Below, piece after piece: positions 8,272 to 18,580 of a stretch of DNA of 32,000 nt; within the stretch, counting starts at the first letter, position 1, and each line of letters begins with the position of its first letter. The notes under the pieces were generated by a model. The model was not told the origin of the DNA. It worked only from the letters and a program-made list of their open reading frames with translations, and searched no databases. Origin of the DNA: Nostoc sp. PCC 7120 = FACHB-418 (GTDB taxonomy: Bacteria; Cyanobacteriota; Cyanobacteriia; Cyanobacteriales; Nostocaceae); the NCBI RefSeq assembly GCF_000009705.1, contig NC_003267.1, positions 30,001 to 62,000 on the forward strand. The letters are read 5' to 3'. Position numbers and translations under genes: made by a program.

Positions 8272-9669
8272 TTAGCGTCTAAGTTTTGATGATTGTGAGT
8301 GAGATGGTGCTTGGGGTTTCAAATAATTATGAACAACAGTTTCTACTTTGTTGAGAGATTCAACGTCGCTTTCTGTTGCAGCAGTTGTTAAGTCACCTTC
8401 TACCATGACAGGTCTACCATCTTTAGCTGTAATCGAAATATTATTACCCTGTTTATGAAAGTTAAAACTTTTACTTTCATAAGTCATTGAACCATCTGCA
8501 TTTGTTTGACCAAAAAGACGCAGCATGGAATCAACACTTTTAGCAATGGCTTTCCCTTTAGCCTCCATCACACTATTTGTTACTTTCTCATAGTTCTGCT
8601 TAACAGTATGATTGAGTGCAGAATGTATATCTCCAACAGCTTGAGTTACTTGCTTGTGAACTGTATTTACTTCTTCAGATATTTTGCTACTAACAGCACC
8701 TAAAGCGCCTTGATGACGTTCTACACCCTGTTGAATTTCATTCTGTACAAGCCCCTTAACTTCACTAATACCAGTTTTGACAACATCGGCTTGTGTTTTT
8801 AAGTCATTCTTCATCGCCTCCATTTGAGATTGCATTTCTGTTTTTAAAGACTCAATCTGACTTTCAAGTTGAGCCTTAATTTTATCGATCTTTGGAGTCA
8901 GTGCCGATTGAATTTGTGTTTTAATTTCCTCTACTTTTGGAGTTAAACTAGATTTAACTTGTTCATACAAGCCTTGGGCAGATTTTTTGACATTAGTTTC
9001 GAGTTTACCTATCCAGTCTTTCAAAGATTGGTTCTGTACATGGGGAATATTACGATTATTGACTGCCGCTAACCCTTTCTGTAACTGCTCAATTGTTCTC
9101 TGTTGTGTATCAAAAGCTGCCTTGAGGTTGTTAAATTCAGTTAATAGTGAGTTAATCTCTTCTGGAGATTTCTGTTGCTGATTACTGAAATTATCAATTA
9201 CTTTCTGTTGTGCTTCAACCTGACGCTGTAAAGTATCAACTTGACTTTGTAAATCTTTGATACTAACTGGTGATTTCTGAGGGGATTTAGCGACATTCTT
9301 AGTTTGGCTAGTAGTTAAGTTTTGAGCCGTCTTAGTAGCTAGTCCCAGCTTATCTGCTATAACTTTTCCGTCTTTGACATGAAAAGCTTTGTCCTTACCA
9401 ATCATAATTCGGACAGAACCTTTCAGTTCTTGAGGAGAATTGATAGCCTTTTGCAACTGCTCTACTAAATCTGATTTGACCAGATTTATCGATACTTCTC
9501 CATGAGGATTACCTTTATACTGGAGTTGTTTCCCGACAAAAATTGATATGTCCTTATTGACATCTGCTCCTTGAAACTGCCCTTTCTCCATAACTTTTTG
9601 CAAGATATCATTGAGGATTTCTAAATAATCTTGCTGTATCTGTTTACTCTCGGATTTAATTTCATCCAT
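8272..9669 (-). CDS. Hypothetical coiled-coil protein with apolipoprotein/LEA-like amphipathic helical repeats (465 aa)
   Basis: ORF track. The central region is Gln/Lys-rich with repeating helices (TPKVEEIKTQIQSALTPKIDKIKAQLESQIESLKTEMQSQMEAMKNDLKTQ). Its start overlaps the upstream ORF by 8 nt. It is the last gene of the T4SS operon. Confidence 0.6.
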   Translation of the reverse strand: MDEIKSESKQIQQDYLEILNDILQKVMEKGQFQGADVNKDISIFVGKQLQYKGNPHGEVSINLVKSDLVEQLQKAINSPQELKGSVRIMIGKDKAFHVKDGKVIADKLGLATKTAQNLTTSQTKNVAKSPQKSPVSIKDLQSQVDTLQRQVEAQQKVIDNFSNQQQKSPEEINSLLTEFNNLKAAFDTQQRTIEQLQKGLAAVNNRNIPHVQNQSLKDWIGKLETNVKKSAQGLYEQVKSSLTPKVEEIKTQIQSALTPKIDKIKAQLESQIESLKTEMQSQMEAMKNDLKTQADVVKTGISEVKGLVQNEIQQGVERHQGALGAVSSKISEEVNTVHKQVTQAVGDIHSALNHTVKQNYEKVTNSVMEAKGKAIAKSVDSMLRLFGQTNADGSMTYESKSFNFHKQGNNISITAKDGRPVMVEGDLTTAATESDVESLNKVETVVHNYLKPQAPSHSQSSKLRR

Positions 9670-10063
9670 GATTCTCCACCTGTAAAACAGAATTTAACAA
9701 TGCGGTTGGTTCAATAACTACATCTGGTAAGATCACTCCACCTAATCGATTAAGAATTTCTTGACCTTCTATTTGGATATAAGCCCATTGGTCATCAATC
9801 TGCACAGCAATAGACTTTGTATTAAGGTCTAAATCATCTAGCCTATAGTCCTCTAATTCTCCATTGACAATAAACACATGAGGACTGGGGGTATTGCCGT
9901 AATAGATTTCAATCATTTCTGGAATATAGTTATCGGGAAATGGCGGTTCATCCCAACATTCAGCTGCGTTCATGATATCAATTCGATGTTCATTAGCTAA
10001 GGCGGCAATATCTAGCGGTAGTTTAGCTAAAAGACTCAATTCATAATCAGAAAACTTATTCAT
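9662..10063 (-). CDS. Small strongly acidic hypothetical protein (133 aa)
   Basis: ORF track. By my count it has about 25 Asp+Glu and about 6 Lys+Arg. It lies between the coupling-protein gene and the coiled-coil gene and is translationally coupled to the latter. Confidence 0.6.
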   Translation of the reverse strand: MNKFSDYELSLLAKLPLDIAALANEHRIDIMNAAECWDEPPFPDNYIPEMIEIYYGNTPSPHVFIVNGELEDYRLDDLDLNTKSIAVQIDDQWAYIQIEGQEILNRLGGVILPDVVIEPTALLNSVLQVENHG

Positions 10064-10073
10064 CGATTACCTC

Positions 10074-11846
10074 CTAAATTTCATTCTGCATAATCTTTTC
10101 AGCTTCCGCCTTTTCTTCTACTAAAGGCAATAACCTTTCGGCTTCTAATCTTCTGATTTCTAATTCTTCACCAGATGGCTCTCTCAATGTTGATTGAGTT
10201 ATGAATTTTTGCTGTAATTTGTACCATTCCTTTACGCTCTCTACTTCAGAATTTCTATCAGCTTGGGGAATCTGAATTTGTTCTAATAGCGGTAGCCCTA
10301 CCTCTCTGCCTCCTCTAAATCCAGGGCTAACAATTATGGCTCTACCTTCTGGTAACGAGTTAAACTGATTAATTTCAAACAGGTTCCTAGTGCTGTTTTG
10401 TTCAGATAAGGATGTGCTGGCTCCTCCTTTCCCGCCAGAGGTACGAGAACGTTCTTTATGCTTAATTTGTTCATCTCCTAAGAAGTTACTAAACCTTTGT
10501 CCAGCTACATCATCTTGCGGATTAAAAAAGGCTTTTGTTGCACAACCACCAAAAATAGCGTTAGCAACTTCCTCTGAATATGCTTTTTCAAGCTGTGAAA
10601 TATTCTGGAAACCCAAAATAGAAACTAAACCATCTTCTCGGTTCTGATTCAGCCAATCTACTAAAGCAGGAAGGTATAAGGTAGGTAATTCATCTAATGC
10701 TAAAACTAGGGGTTCAGTTCTCTTTTTAGCTACATTTCGACTTACTAAAAGATGCAGAATGGAAACTAAAAGTGGGGCTATGACATCACGCTTTTCTTTG
10801 TCCATGCCGAAGATGACCATCTTCCGTCCTGTCAAGTCCAAGGGGATATTTGTTGTTCCACAGAACGCAGACAAGGTTGATGGGGTCATAAAGCGAGTGA
10901 ACAACCCGCTTGTTGTACCAACAATGCTGGAGGCTGTTTCTGGACTACCAGCTACGGATAAGAATTGGTCAAAGGCAACTTTCACCCAAGGATTTAGGTC
11001 TGCTTGCTGAATGCGGTCAATCAGTCTGGGTAAACTGAGAAGTTGATGGCACATCATAATGTCCGGGAAGCTTGTACCGCGTGCCAGCATAAAAATAGCC
11101 TGTGCCAGCTGATCTCCTGCATTCGCAAAAAATCCGCTATCGGAAGAGTCGCCGCTTGTTAGCTTAAAATTACGGTTCAGGACGATAGCTAACTGACGTG
11201 CCATCTCTGCATCAGTCGGACTGCGGAGAAAATCAAGGGGATTTGCTACTCCTGACTCTGGAAAACCTGGAGACAGTATTGTTACTTCATAACCACGCTC
11301 TGCTGCATACCCTGCCAGCTTGGGCGCTTGTCCTTTGGCTTCTGCTTTTTCTGACTCTTGATGACAATATTTATAATCGTAGATGATTATTGGTAGCCCC
11401 TGGTCGATGGCGGAACGTATCAGAGGATTAATTAGAGAGAAGGTTTTACCAGACCCCCCACTTCCAGAAACTAAAATGCCACGCTGCACATCTGGCAAAT
11501 AAAGCCTGTTTTTATCTTCTGGAATGTTGGTAATGCGTTTGTTGCCAACAACTTGGAATTTAGTACCTCTGGGTGTACCGATATATAAAGCTACTCTGTT
11601 ATGTCTGCGTTCAGTAATCTGTTTACAGGCCAGCTTACGAGCTGCTGTTTTCTCCCTACCTCCTGCCCATCGCGCCCGTGCTAGTTTGTTTGTTGCTCCT
11701 CGCCCTTCCATTGTTTTGGCTAACACCAACGCTCCAACACTTACAAGTAATCCCAAGCCCATCGGGGAGAAGAAGGCATCGTAGAAGTTTTGGGGAATGA
11801 CATTATGCGCGGGAGGGGCTGTCTTCAGTGTAGATGTTTCAGGCAT
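10074..11846 (-). CDS. virD4: Type IV coupling protein (VirD4/TraG family ATPase)
   Basis: N-terminal hydrophobic segment (GLGLLVSVGALVLA). Walker A VSGSGGSGKTFS. Walker B-like LVLALDELPTL. Size and position within the T4SS operon fit. Confidence 0.8.
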   Translation of the reverse strand: MPETSTLKTAPPAHNVIPQNFYDAFFSPMGLGLLVSVGALVLAKTMEGRGATNKLARARWAGGREKTAARKLACKQITERRHNRVALYIGTPRGTKFQVVGNKRITNIPEDKNRLYLPDVQRGILVSGSGGSGKTFSLINPLIRSAIDQGLPIIIYDYKYCHQESEKAEAKGQAPKLAGYAAERGYEVTILSPGFPESGVANPLDFLRSPTDAEMARQLAIVLNRNFKLTSGDSSDSGFFANAGDQLAQAIFMLARGTSFPDIMMCHQLLSLPRLIDRIQQADLNPWVKVAFDQFLSVAGSPETASSIVGTTSGLFTRFMTPSTLSAFCGTTNIPLDLTGRKMVIFGMDKEKRDVIAPLLVSILHLLVSRNVAKKRTEPLVLALDELPTLYLPALVDWLNQNREDGLVSILGFQNISQLEKAYSEEVANAIFGGCATKAFFNPQDDVAGQRFSNFLGDEQIKHKERSRTSGGKGGASTSLSEQNSTRNLFEINQFNSLPEGRAIIVSPGFRGGREVGLPLLEQIQIPQADRNSEVESVKEWYKLQQKFITQSTLREPSGEELEIRRLEAERLLPLVEEKAEAEKIMQNEI

Positions 11847-11848
11847 CG

Positions 11849-13063
11849 CTACCCCCTACCGAGAATGACTAAATCATTCTCTTGAACTGGAACCCAAGGG
11901 ACTGGCCCAATAAAGTAGGGAGTGCAGGATTTTCCACCTAAGAAGAAGTTCATGCAGATCCGAAAAAATAGCCCGAAGTTAGCTGTACCCGTGGATTCGT
12001 TTACACCCGTAAGCACAACTTTGAAACCTGAACCATAAACCAGTCTGCCTGTAGGTTCTTTACCTCCGTTGACACGTTGCAATATGCCAAAACCACCGTC
12101 TACTTGTTGTGAGGAGCCAGAAGCCCAACGCTTACCGTAGAGGTTGCCTTGCTGTCCGGCGACATCTCCCAGTTCCAAATAAGGACACTCTTGACCTACT
12201 CCACAAGCAACAACAACAGTTTTATCAGAACGAGTGACTTTACCAGACACAAAGTAATTCTCTCTTGCCCTTGAATCCCCACGCTCCGATTTTCCTAGAA
12301 CCACAGAGGCTATACCTACTACATCAAGCCCAGAATTAATTGGCTGAGGCATTTTGTCAAAGGGGACTTGATTTAAAAGTGGCACTTGATTAATAAAACT
12401 TTGCTGCCAGTTTTGAAATTTACTGATTCTTGTTTCCGTCAATTTGGGGATTGAGGTTAACGCATATTTGCTCAAATCTAATTGACCTAATGAAAGTTTA
12501 CTTACTTTAGAGTTATAATTTAAGGCTTGTGAAAGTGTCCCACCTGTATAAATTCCGGCTTTTTGCAGTAAGTCCTGAATCGGTTTCATTCTCCTAACAT
12601 TAATATTTCTTAGGCTAGGAATCGCTTTAACTAAAGACCCTATAGTTTGCCACTTCATCAATCCAAAATCTTCTAATGTCAACTGATTATTTTGGTTGAC
12701 ACTTCTTGAAGCTATTATTTGTAATGTGAATTGACTTTGTGCAAAGGCTTCATCCACATCCCCTAACATAATTACAGAATCAATATTCTGTCCGGCTGAC
12801 CAAGAACGGGAGAGGTTATAGCCTAATTTACTAGCAATATCTGGAGTTATATTGATATATCCAGGCTCCTGAACTGGATTTAAGCTACTCCAGCTTATTT
12901 TCGACCAATCGGGAGATTTTAGTTGATATTTACCTGATGTGTAAGTAACTGTGGGAATCTCTGCCACTGCTGCCCTTGGCAATTCTAACAATGACACAGC
13001 AAGTAAAGACGTAGATACTATTGATAAAATAGCTTTCTTCAAAATCATTAGTTTTGCCCCCAT
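11849..13063 (-). CDS. Secreted hypothetical T4SS-operon protein (404 aa)
   Basis: Signal-peptide-like N-terminus [29 protein letters not shown]. The internal ATG at 13048 gives a TAATG overlap with the upstream stop and is the likelier start. I recognised no catalytic motif. Confidence 0.55.
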   Translation of the reverse strand: MGAKLMILKKAILSIVSTSLLAVSLLELPRAAVAEIPTVTYTSGKYQLKSPDWSKISWSSLNPVQEPGYINITPDIASKLGYNLSRSWSAGQNIDSVIMLGDVDEAFAQSQFTLQIIASRSVNQNNQLTLEDFGLMKWQTIGSLVKAIPSLRNINVRRMKPIQDLLQKAGIYTGGTLSQALNYNSKVSKLSLGQLDLSKYALTSIPKLTETRISKFQNWQQSFINQVPLLNQVPFDKMPQPINSGLDVVGIASVVLGKSERGDSRARENYFVSGKVTRSDKTVVVACGVGQECPYLELGDVAGQQGNLYGKRWASGSSQQVDGGFGILQRVNGGKEPTGRLVYGSGFKVVLTGVNESTGTANFGLFFRICMNFFLGGKSCTPYFIGPVPWVPVQENDLVILGRG

Positions 13064-14025
13064 TGGATTAATTTATTGAAGAGTTCTTGGGGAATACCTG
13101 ATAATTTAATAGCCTCGTCTCTCGCTTTACCCCTTCTGAGTAAGCGGATAGTATCTTGTGCTTTACGCCATTCTCCAGACTTAGGTTTAACTACACCGTT
13201 ACTAACGGCTACCCCTAATCCATAAGCCACAGCATTAGCATCATTTCTTTTTAATGCCGTACCTACTTGTAGAGAATTGGTGGCTGATAGATTTACTTTG
13301 CTTTCAGGGGTTCTTTCTACAGGTTTATTAGTAGTTCGCCGTGATAAATTTTGATTAGGATTAATTTTTGCAGCTGTCGAAACTCTTGAGCCTGGGGCGT
13401 TAAGAAAGTTATTATTGACTACTTGTTCACCTCCCCTATTCCTCCGCTCCCCTGCCCCTCCGCTCCTACTCCCAGAACTTGGCACTGGTCGAGAACTAAT
13501 TGCAGTTACAGGTGGTTTTTCTACTAACAGAGTCCTGGGTCTGTCAGAGTCCGGTTTAATAATTAGGGCTGTGTATTCTGGTTTACCTCCAGCCGGTGTT
13601 AACTTGAATTGATAGTGTTTTTGACCTTCAGCACTAGCAGTAATTACTGTAATTACTGTACTGCCATCTTGACTAGAAGTTAAAGATGGGAAACTAATCG
13701 GTTTTATCTGCCTCAAAAATAAAACTGTAGCTCCTCCAGTTCCGCAATTCTCATCATTTGATACCCCGCGTTGACATAAGCTGCCATTTGAAGTTAGGGC
13801 AAAACGTGATGGATCTCCTAGCCAGACTTGTTTGATTGTTTCACCTGTAGGAATGAAGTTAATGGTTAATCCGTAACCACTCCATACTTTTAAATCAATT
13901 CCTCTACTATTGCTTCCTTGAGCATCCTGTGAATATACATTTCTGGCTGGTGGTAATGCTGAAGATATGCCAATATTACCACCGATAACTAACGTAGTTG
14001 CCAGTAAAACAGCTAAACTTTTCAT
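13048..14025 (-). CDS. VirB9/TrbG-like periplasmic T4SS component with an atypical C-terminal half
   Basis: Signal peptide [16 protein letters not shown]. The N-domain pattern [13 protein letters not shown]...VLFLRQIKP...[19 protein letters not shown] resembles the VirB9/CagX N-domain signature. It has a Gly/Arg-rich linker encoded by a G-rich repeat-arm-like stretch (13425-13475). ATGA overlap with the upstream gene. Confidence 0.5.
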   Translation of the reverse strand: MKSLAVLLATTLVIGGNIGISSALPPARNVYSQDAQGSNSRGIDLKVWSGYGLTINFIPTGETIKQVWLGDPSRFALTSNGSLCQRGVSNDENCGTGGATVLFLRQIKPISFPSLTSSQDGSTVITVITASAEGQKHYQFKLTPAGGKPEYTALIIKPDSDRPRTLLVEKPPVTAISSRPVPSSGSRSGGAGERRNRGGEQVVNNNFLNAPGSRVSTAAKINPNQNLSRRTTNKPVERTPESKVNLSATNSLQVGTALKRNDANAVAYGLGVAVSNGVVKPKSGEWRKAQDTIRLLRRGKARDEAIKLSGIPQELFNKLIQWGQN

Positions 14026-15563
14026 ATCGAAATAGACTGATTTACAAAAACTTGTACTTGCTGTCCTGCTTCAATTACAAAGACTTGTTGTTGCTGCTGT
14101 AGCCCTTGTATTTGCCGCTCGTTTGAGTTTTTCATCCTGTCTAAAATTTCATTGATACTACCTTGAGCAAAACCTGCTACTAAATCTTTTTCACCGTTAT
14201 TTGTAGTGGTAGTGGTCGTACCTAATGAACTAATTGTTGTCTCTGAATTAGCTCGATTTTGAATTTCCGCTACCTTAGATAAACCAGATAGCAAGGATGC
14301 CATCAGTGAAGAACCTAAATTATCCCCACCTTTACGCGATTGGGCTTTTAGTAAATTGCCGTTTTTACCTAATACCAAAATAGAATTTGCTGGCAATTGT
14401 CTTTCTTGTGTTGTGCCACCACTATTAACCAGTGCAGCTACCGCCGTCATTTGGGCTATTTCTGAATTCGTTGGGTTAACAACAGCGACAATATAAGCAC
14501 CTTTGGGTAACACTTCTTCTCCATCAAATGCTTTCAAGGGTTGGGAGAGCCTAATTAAAGAAGTCTGCCCTTCCTGCTGATTACTGACACTACTACCTAC
14601 CCAAGCAATAGGAGTTTCCATCACCCCGGCGGCACGAGTCCCCACTAGTACCCGTTTGCCATCATAATTAATTGGTGGTTGAGAGGAATCTTGATTTGGG
14701 TAAGAAGCATTTACTGGTCTAACTCCTGTGCCTCCCTCTACTTGGGCATTTTTTAAATCTGGTTGTTCATAGTTTGATTCACCATTACTAGAGTCGCTAG
14801 AGGAGTAATTTCCTACATTTGCTGCTGCTAACCATTCCTGCATCGGGTCTTTGGGGGTGGTTCTCACCAAAGGTAATGGCTGGGAACTGCTAACGTTAGG
14901 TCTGACGGTTACAGGTTTCGGCTGAGGCGCGGGGGGTGCAGAGATAGGGGCAGGAGAAAACGACTGTCTAGGTATATAAGCAGCCTGATAGCTTCTACTT
15001 GGTCTGGTTACGGGAGCAGGGGGCGGTGGCACTTGGTAAGTTGTTGATTGCCTTGGTATTGGCTGAGTTCTCACAGTAACGGCAGTAGTTGTAGGGATGG
15101 TTGTTGGTGATGGAGTAGGTGATACATCCCCATGATCTTTTTTACTAATGGCTTGCAATTCACCTTTTTGGGAAGTGATAGCTATTGCTGTTTTTAGCTC
15201 TCCTTTCTCATTTTCTTCGGTGTCTGGTTTCACCTCTGGAGTAGTTTTTGTGTTTTGTTCACTTTGATTATTACTGGATGAATTTAAAGCTCCTGTTAAT
15301 GTGCCAATCATCGTTGCAAAACTGAGAACTAACAGTAACACTCCACCGGAGATTGTTAGTCCTTTTAATAAAGGATGTCCAGCTACTGGACGAGTAGTAA
15401 CAACTTCCTCTGGCTCACTTTGTAGTGCATTGACTGTTGATTCTGCTGATTTTGTTGAATCAGCTTTCATCTCTGCGCCATTCATCTGTGCAAATTCTTG
15501 GCTACGATTGTCCGTCTTGGGGGTAGCTTCTGAATTTGGATTATCTGCAACCTGACTGGACAT
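14022..15563 (-). CDS. VirB10/TrbI-like T4SS protein
   Basis: Cytoplasmic N-terminus, a single TM segment ([20 protein letters not shown]), and a long Pro-rich region ([11 protein letters not shown]...[10 protein letters not shown]). The C-terminal domain pattern [15 protein letters not shown]...[11 protein letters not shown] is typical of the TrbI/VirB10 architecture. Confidence 0.6.
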   Translation of the reverse strand: MSSQVADNPNSEATPKTDNRSQEFAQMNGAEMKADSTKSAESTVNALQSEPEEVVTTRPVAGHPLLKGLTISGGVLLLVLSFATMIGTLTGALNSSSNNQSEQNTKTTPEVKPDTEENEKGELKTAIAITSQKGELQAISKKDHGDVSPTPSPTTIPTTTAVTVRTQPIPRQSTTYQVPPPPAPVTRPSRSYQAAYIPRQSFSPAPISAPPAPQPKPVTVRPNVSSSQPLPLVRTTPKDPMQEWLAAANVGNYSSSDSSNGESNYEQPDLKNAQVEGGTGVRPVNASYPNQDSSQPPINYDGKRVLVGTRAAGVMETPIAWVGSSVSNQQEGQTSLIRLSQPLKAFDGEEVLPKGAYIVAVVNPTNSEIAQMTAVAALVNSGGTTQERQLPANSILVLGKNGNLLKAQSRKGGDNLGSSLMASLLSGLSKVAEIQNRANSETTISSLGTTTTTTNNGEKDLVAGFAQGSINEILDRMKNSNERQIQGLQQQQQVFVIEAGQQVQVFVNQSISI

Positions 15564-15567
15564 AAAG

Positions 15568-16284
15568 CTACCTTCCTAAGTCTAAATCTTGAATACGGTA
15601 CACTTCCATTCCCGCTTTTCGCGCATTGTAAGCAGCTAACAGTTGTTCTGAAGGATTATTTGGTAATGGTGGGGTATCAATTGCTCTGACAAAAACAGTC
15701 TTATTAAAAGAGATTGCGTTACCTGATTGGTCTTTTCCTTTAAAAACTACCAAGTTAGCTACCATATCTACTCGCCATTTCCCTTCTGATATTTTTTCAG
15801 GAGGTGTTAGATAACGTACTAATAAAGCTGACTGTGTATCACCAGTAAATACATCAGATGGTGTCAATCCAGCTATTTCTCTTAAAAAACTAGCGCGAAA
15901 ATCTTCTGATAATGCAAACCCTGCACCCCAGGTATTTGTAGTTAGTTTTTTATCAGCTATCTGTACACCAGTATCAAGCTTTAGATTTCTTGGGTCTAGA
16001 TTTTCATCTGATGATTTTGGTAGAGCATTCCAACTCATCAAATTCATCATTGTCCGACCCACAAAATCCATAATTGCTTTGTCAGTACGCTCTTTCTCTC
16101 CAATGGGAATTGCTCTGATAGATGTTCCATCTTGCAGTTCAACTAGAGTTGGCTTACTGCTGGCAATTTTACCTAATCTACCTGAATTAGCTATGCTGAT
16201 TAAAAAAACAAATATTAAAATTATGGTCTGTCCTATTGATAGTAAAGGGGCAAAATTTATTTCCCTTTTATCTAGTAATCTCAT
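15568..16284 (-). CDS. VirB8-like bitopic T4SS protein
   Basis: Short N-terminus, one TM segment (TIILIFVFLISIANSG), and a periplasmic domain of about 190 aa. It sits between the VirB6-like and VirB10-like genes and overlaps the upstream gene by 4 nt. Assignment rests on topology and synteny only. Confidence 0.4.
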   Translation of the reverse strand: MRLLDKREINFAPLLSIGQTIILIFVFLISIANSGRLGKIASSKPTLVELQDGTSIRAIPIGEKERTDKAIMDFVGRTMMNLMSWNALPKSSDENLDPRNLKLDTGVQIADKKLTTNTWGAGFALSEDFRASFLREIAGLTPSDVFTGDTQSALLVRYLTPPEKISEGKWRVDMVANLVVFKGKDQSGNAISFNKTVFVRAIDTPPLPNNPSEQLLAAYNARKAGMEVYRIQDLDLGR

Positions 16285-17354
16285 CTGAATACCCTCCCTG
16301 AGACTAGCCTGCCACTACTAGAGAAACAGGAAAAAGCCGCCATCCCTCCTCCAGAACCAATTGCTAATGCCAGAATTGGAGATAAAATTGCTTGTACTAG
16401 CTGTAAGAACAAGGGATTATTATTACTAGCATTCACTATTGCGCTGGCAGCAATTCCACAAACAATGGAGTATGACATTAATACTAAAGTCAGTGATAAC
16501 CATCCTGAAACCCAAGCATAGATTGGTTTAGCTCCAAAGGGGAAAAGTGACAGTACTAAAAAGATAGGGGCAATGTAAGCATTTAGTAGGAATGCTACTT
16601 GAACCACATATTGAAAGGCTGCTTGTAAACCACTAAATATAATCCATGACAAGGCTTGTACCATTGAATTAATAGTCTGCCCAGCTATATCTAATGGATT
16701 CCAGCTATTTGAATAGGAAGGTAATCCATATTTTTCTTTATACTCTTGGGCATTTTTTTTGATTTGCTTGATTTTCTCTTCTTTACAAATATCTTGTGGA
16801 TTTGTTATGTTCCCTTGTTCATCTTTTGCTTCTGTAGGTTTCTGTACACACTCCTGCATTTGTGCTTGGGCTGAAAGTGCAAATGCCTGATCCATATTTG
16901 CAGTACGAATAGCATCTCTTAAAGTAATGCCATTTCGCGTAATACTTAATACTTTGTCATTTAAACCAACTGCTACATTACGAAACATTAGAGATGTACT
17001 CGCTAGTAATTGTCCATTATTAACTGTCAACATTAAACAGATTAATAATGGATAGACCATCTCGTTTATGACTTCATTACTAAATCCTTCCTGAGTTAAC
17101 CTAGAATACCAACTTAACGACCAGAAGGAAACAAATACAACTCCACATAAAGCAGATACAGCTACTACTGCTTTGAAAACTTCACTATTTCCACTCGCTA
17201 AATCTTGCCAATCTTGATTAAATGAAGATACAACCATGCGAGAGCCGTTAATAGCTCCATCTACTATATCTTCTGCATTGGTATCTCCGGTCACTGCTAG
17301 TAAATACAAGAAATTAGTTAAATTATTTAGCATTGTTCTGTTCCCAAAAAGCAT
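16281..17354 (-). CDS. VirB6/TrbL-like polytopic membrane protein
   Basis: At least 5-6 hydrophobic segments with a large central loop. It sits downstream of a secreted helical protein. An alternative start at ATG 17333 is closer to the upstream stop at 17323. Confidence 0.55.
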   Translation of the reverse strand: MLFGNRTMLNNLTNFLYLLAVTGDTNAEDIVDGAINGSRMVVSSFNQDWQDLASGNSEVFKAVVAVSALCGVVFVSFWSLSWYSRLTQEGFSNEVINEMVYPLLICLMLTVNNGQLLASTSLMFRNVAVGLNDKVLSITRNGITLRDAIRTANMDQAFALSAQAQMQECVQKPTEAKDEQGNITNPQDICKEEKIKQIKKNAQEYKEKYGLPSYSNSWNPLDIAGQTINSMVQALSWIIFSGLQAAFQYVVQVAFLLNAYIAPIFLVLSLFPFGAKPIYAWVSGWLSLTLVLMSYSIVCGIAASAIVNASNNNPLFLQLVQAILSPILALAIGSGGGMAAFSCFSSSGRLVSGRVFR

Positions 17355-18081
17355 CAGCGAAAGCAGCCGTACCTATAATTTGTTTGGCACTTGAATTACT
17401 ATTAGCTTGTTCTTTTCTTGCTTGCTCATCTAACCTACTGGAAATGTCACTCAAATTGATATTGGCTGCTGATAAGGCTCTAGTCTGTTTTTGTGATTCG
17501 CTGTGAATCGATTTAGTAATAATGGTTGTTTGCAAATTCTGTATTGCCATCTTTTTTAAGATGTCTTGAGTAATGACATCATTTTGTACTGCATCAGCAT
17601 TATTAGATGATGTTCCTAATGCTTCATTACTCATTTCGGCTTCTTGTGCCTGAGTCTTTTGTCCTTCTCTACCTAGAACTGATTGAGAAAGACCATAACT
17701 ATAAGATTGATGCCAGTTTCTTTGAGCATTTTCGCCTTGAGTTTGAGAGTCAGTTTCAACTAAATCAGTATCCTGCTGTTGAATAATTACCTTAATTTTT
17801 TTACCTGCTTTTAGGGGATCTGGTATTCCTAAATCTCCTACCGTAGAACTGATAGCGTCGCTTAAATCACCGTTTAATTCTTTCCACTGCTGGCTAAATT
17901 CTTGTTTTTGTTGTTCAATGTATGTCTGTAAACTAACAATAACTTGCTGAAGTTGATCTAAAAAAGAAGACCCTGCATGAGCAGGTAAGGCTGAAAATAA
18001 AATAAACAGAACTACTAAACTAGTAAAAACTGCTAAACGGCGGCAGATAAGGTGTAATATCAATTGGCTGGGCAATTTCAT
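17323..18081 (-). CDS. Secreted Gln-rich helical protein, possible VirB5-like minor pilus component
   Basis: GGAGA lies 6 nt upstream of ATG 18081. Signal peptide ending LPAHA/GSS. Predicted helical and soluble, and placed directly upstream of the VirB6-like gene as in virB operons. Confidence 0.35.
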   Translation of the reverse strand: MKLPSQLILHLICRRLAVFTSLVVLFILFSALPAHAGSSFLDQLQQVIVSLQTYIEQQKQEFSQQWKELNGDLSDAISSTVGDLGIPDPLKAGKKIKVIIQQQDTDLVETDSQTQGENAQRNWHQSYSYGLSQSVLGREGQKTQAQEAEMSNEALGTSSNNADAVQNDVITQDILKKMAIQNLQTTIITKSIHSESQKQTRALSAANINLSDISSRLDEQARKEQANSNSSAKQIIGTAAFADAFWEQNNAK

Positions 18082-18580
18082 ATAAATTCTCCAATGAGAC
18101 TGTAAAAGTTACAGGAGAGCAAGCAGATATTACTTCTGCTTTATTTCCTAACAGTTTTTTACCAGTTACCATTAACGGTTCAGGAGGACGTTTATCAGTT
18201 AACTTAGACAATCTTCTAAATAAACTTCCCTCGTATCGTGGCTGTTCTGGTATTAAAGAAGCTGATTTGGAATACATCAAAATGTAATGCTTATCAGCCT
18301 GAAAATCTGTATTAATCCCTGGTTGATTCATCTTCGCTTTGAAAGTATCCTGTGCTATCGCTGCATAATAAATATTTCTTAATATTCGATTGTTTTCTAC
18401 ATATTGATTAGCAATATCTAAGGACTGTTGACAAGCCTTCTGCTTTTCAGCAATATACTTTTCATGCTGCTGTTGATTCCATTTCCACATTTCAAATGAC
18501 AGTCCTGCTCCTACAACTCCTAAAATCGCCAGCAAGACTTTATATTGTGCCAATCCTGTAGCAATTTCCAACTTTTTCAT
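18020..18580 (-). CDS. Hypothetical bitopic membrane protein of the T4SS operon (186 aa)
   Basis: ORF track. N-terminal TM segment (VLLAILGVVGAGLSF). It overlaps the VirB4-like stop by 4 nt and the downstream ORF by 62 nt. Confidence 0.5.
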   Translation of the reverse strand: MKKLEIATGLAQYKVLLAILGVVGAGLSFEMWKWNQQQHEKYIAEKQKACQQSLDIANQYVENNRILRNIYYAAIAQDTFKAKMNQPGINTDFQADKHYILMYSKSASLIPEQPRYEGSLFRRLSKLTDKRPPEPLMVTGKKLLGNKAEVISACSPVTFTVSLENLYEIAQPIDITPYLPPFSSFY

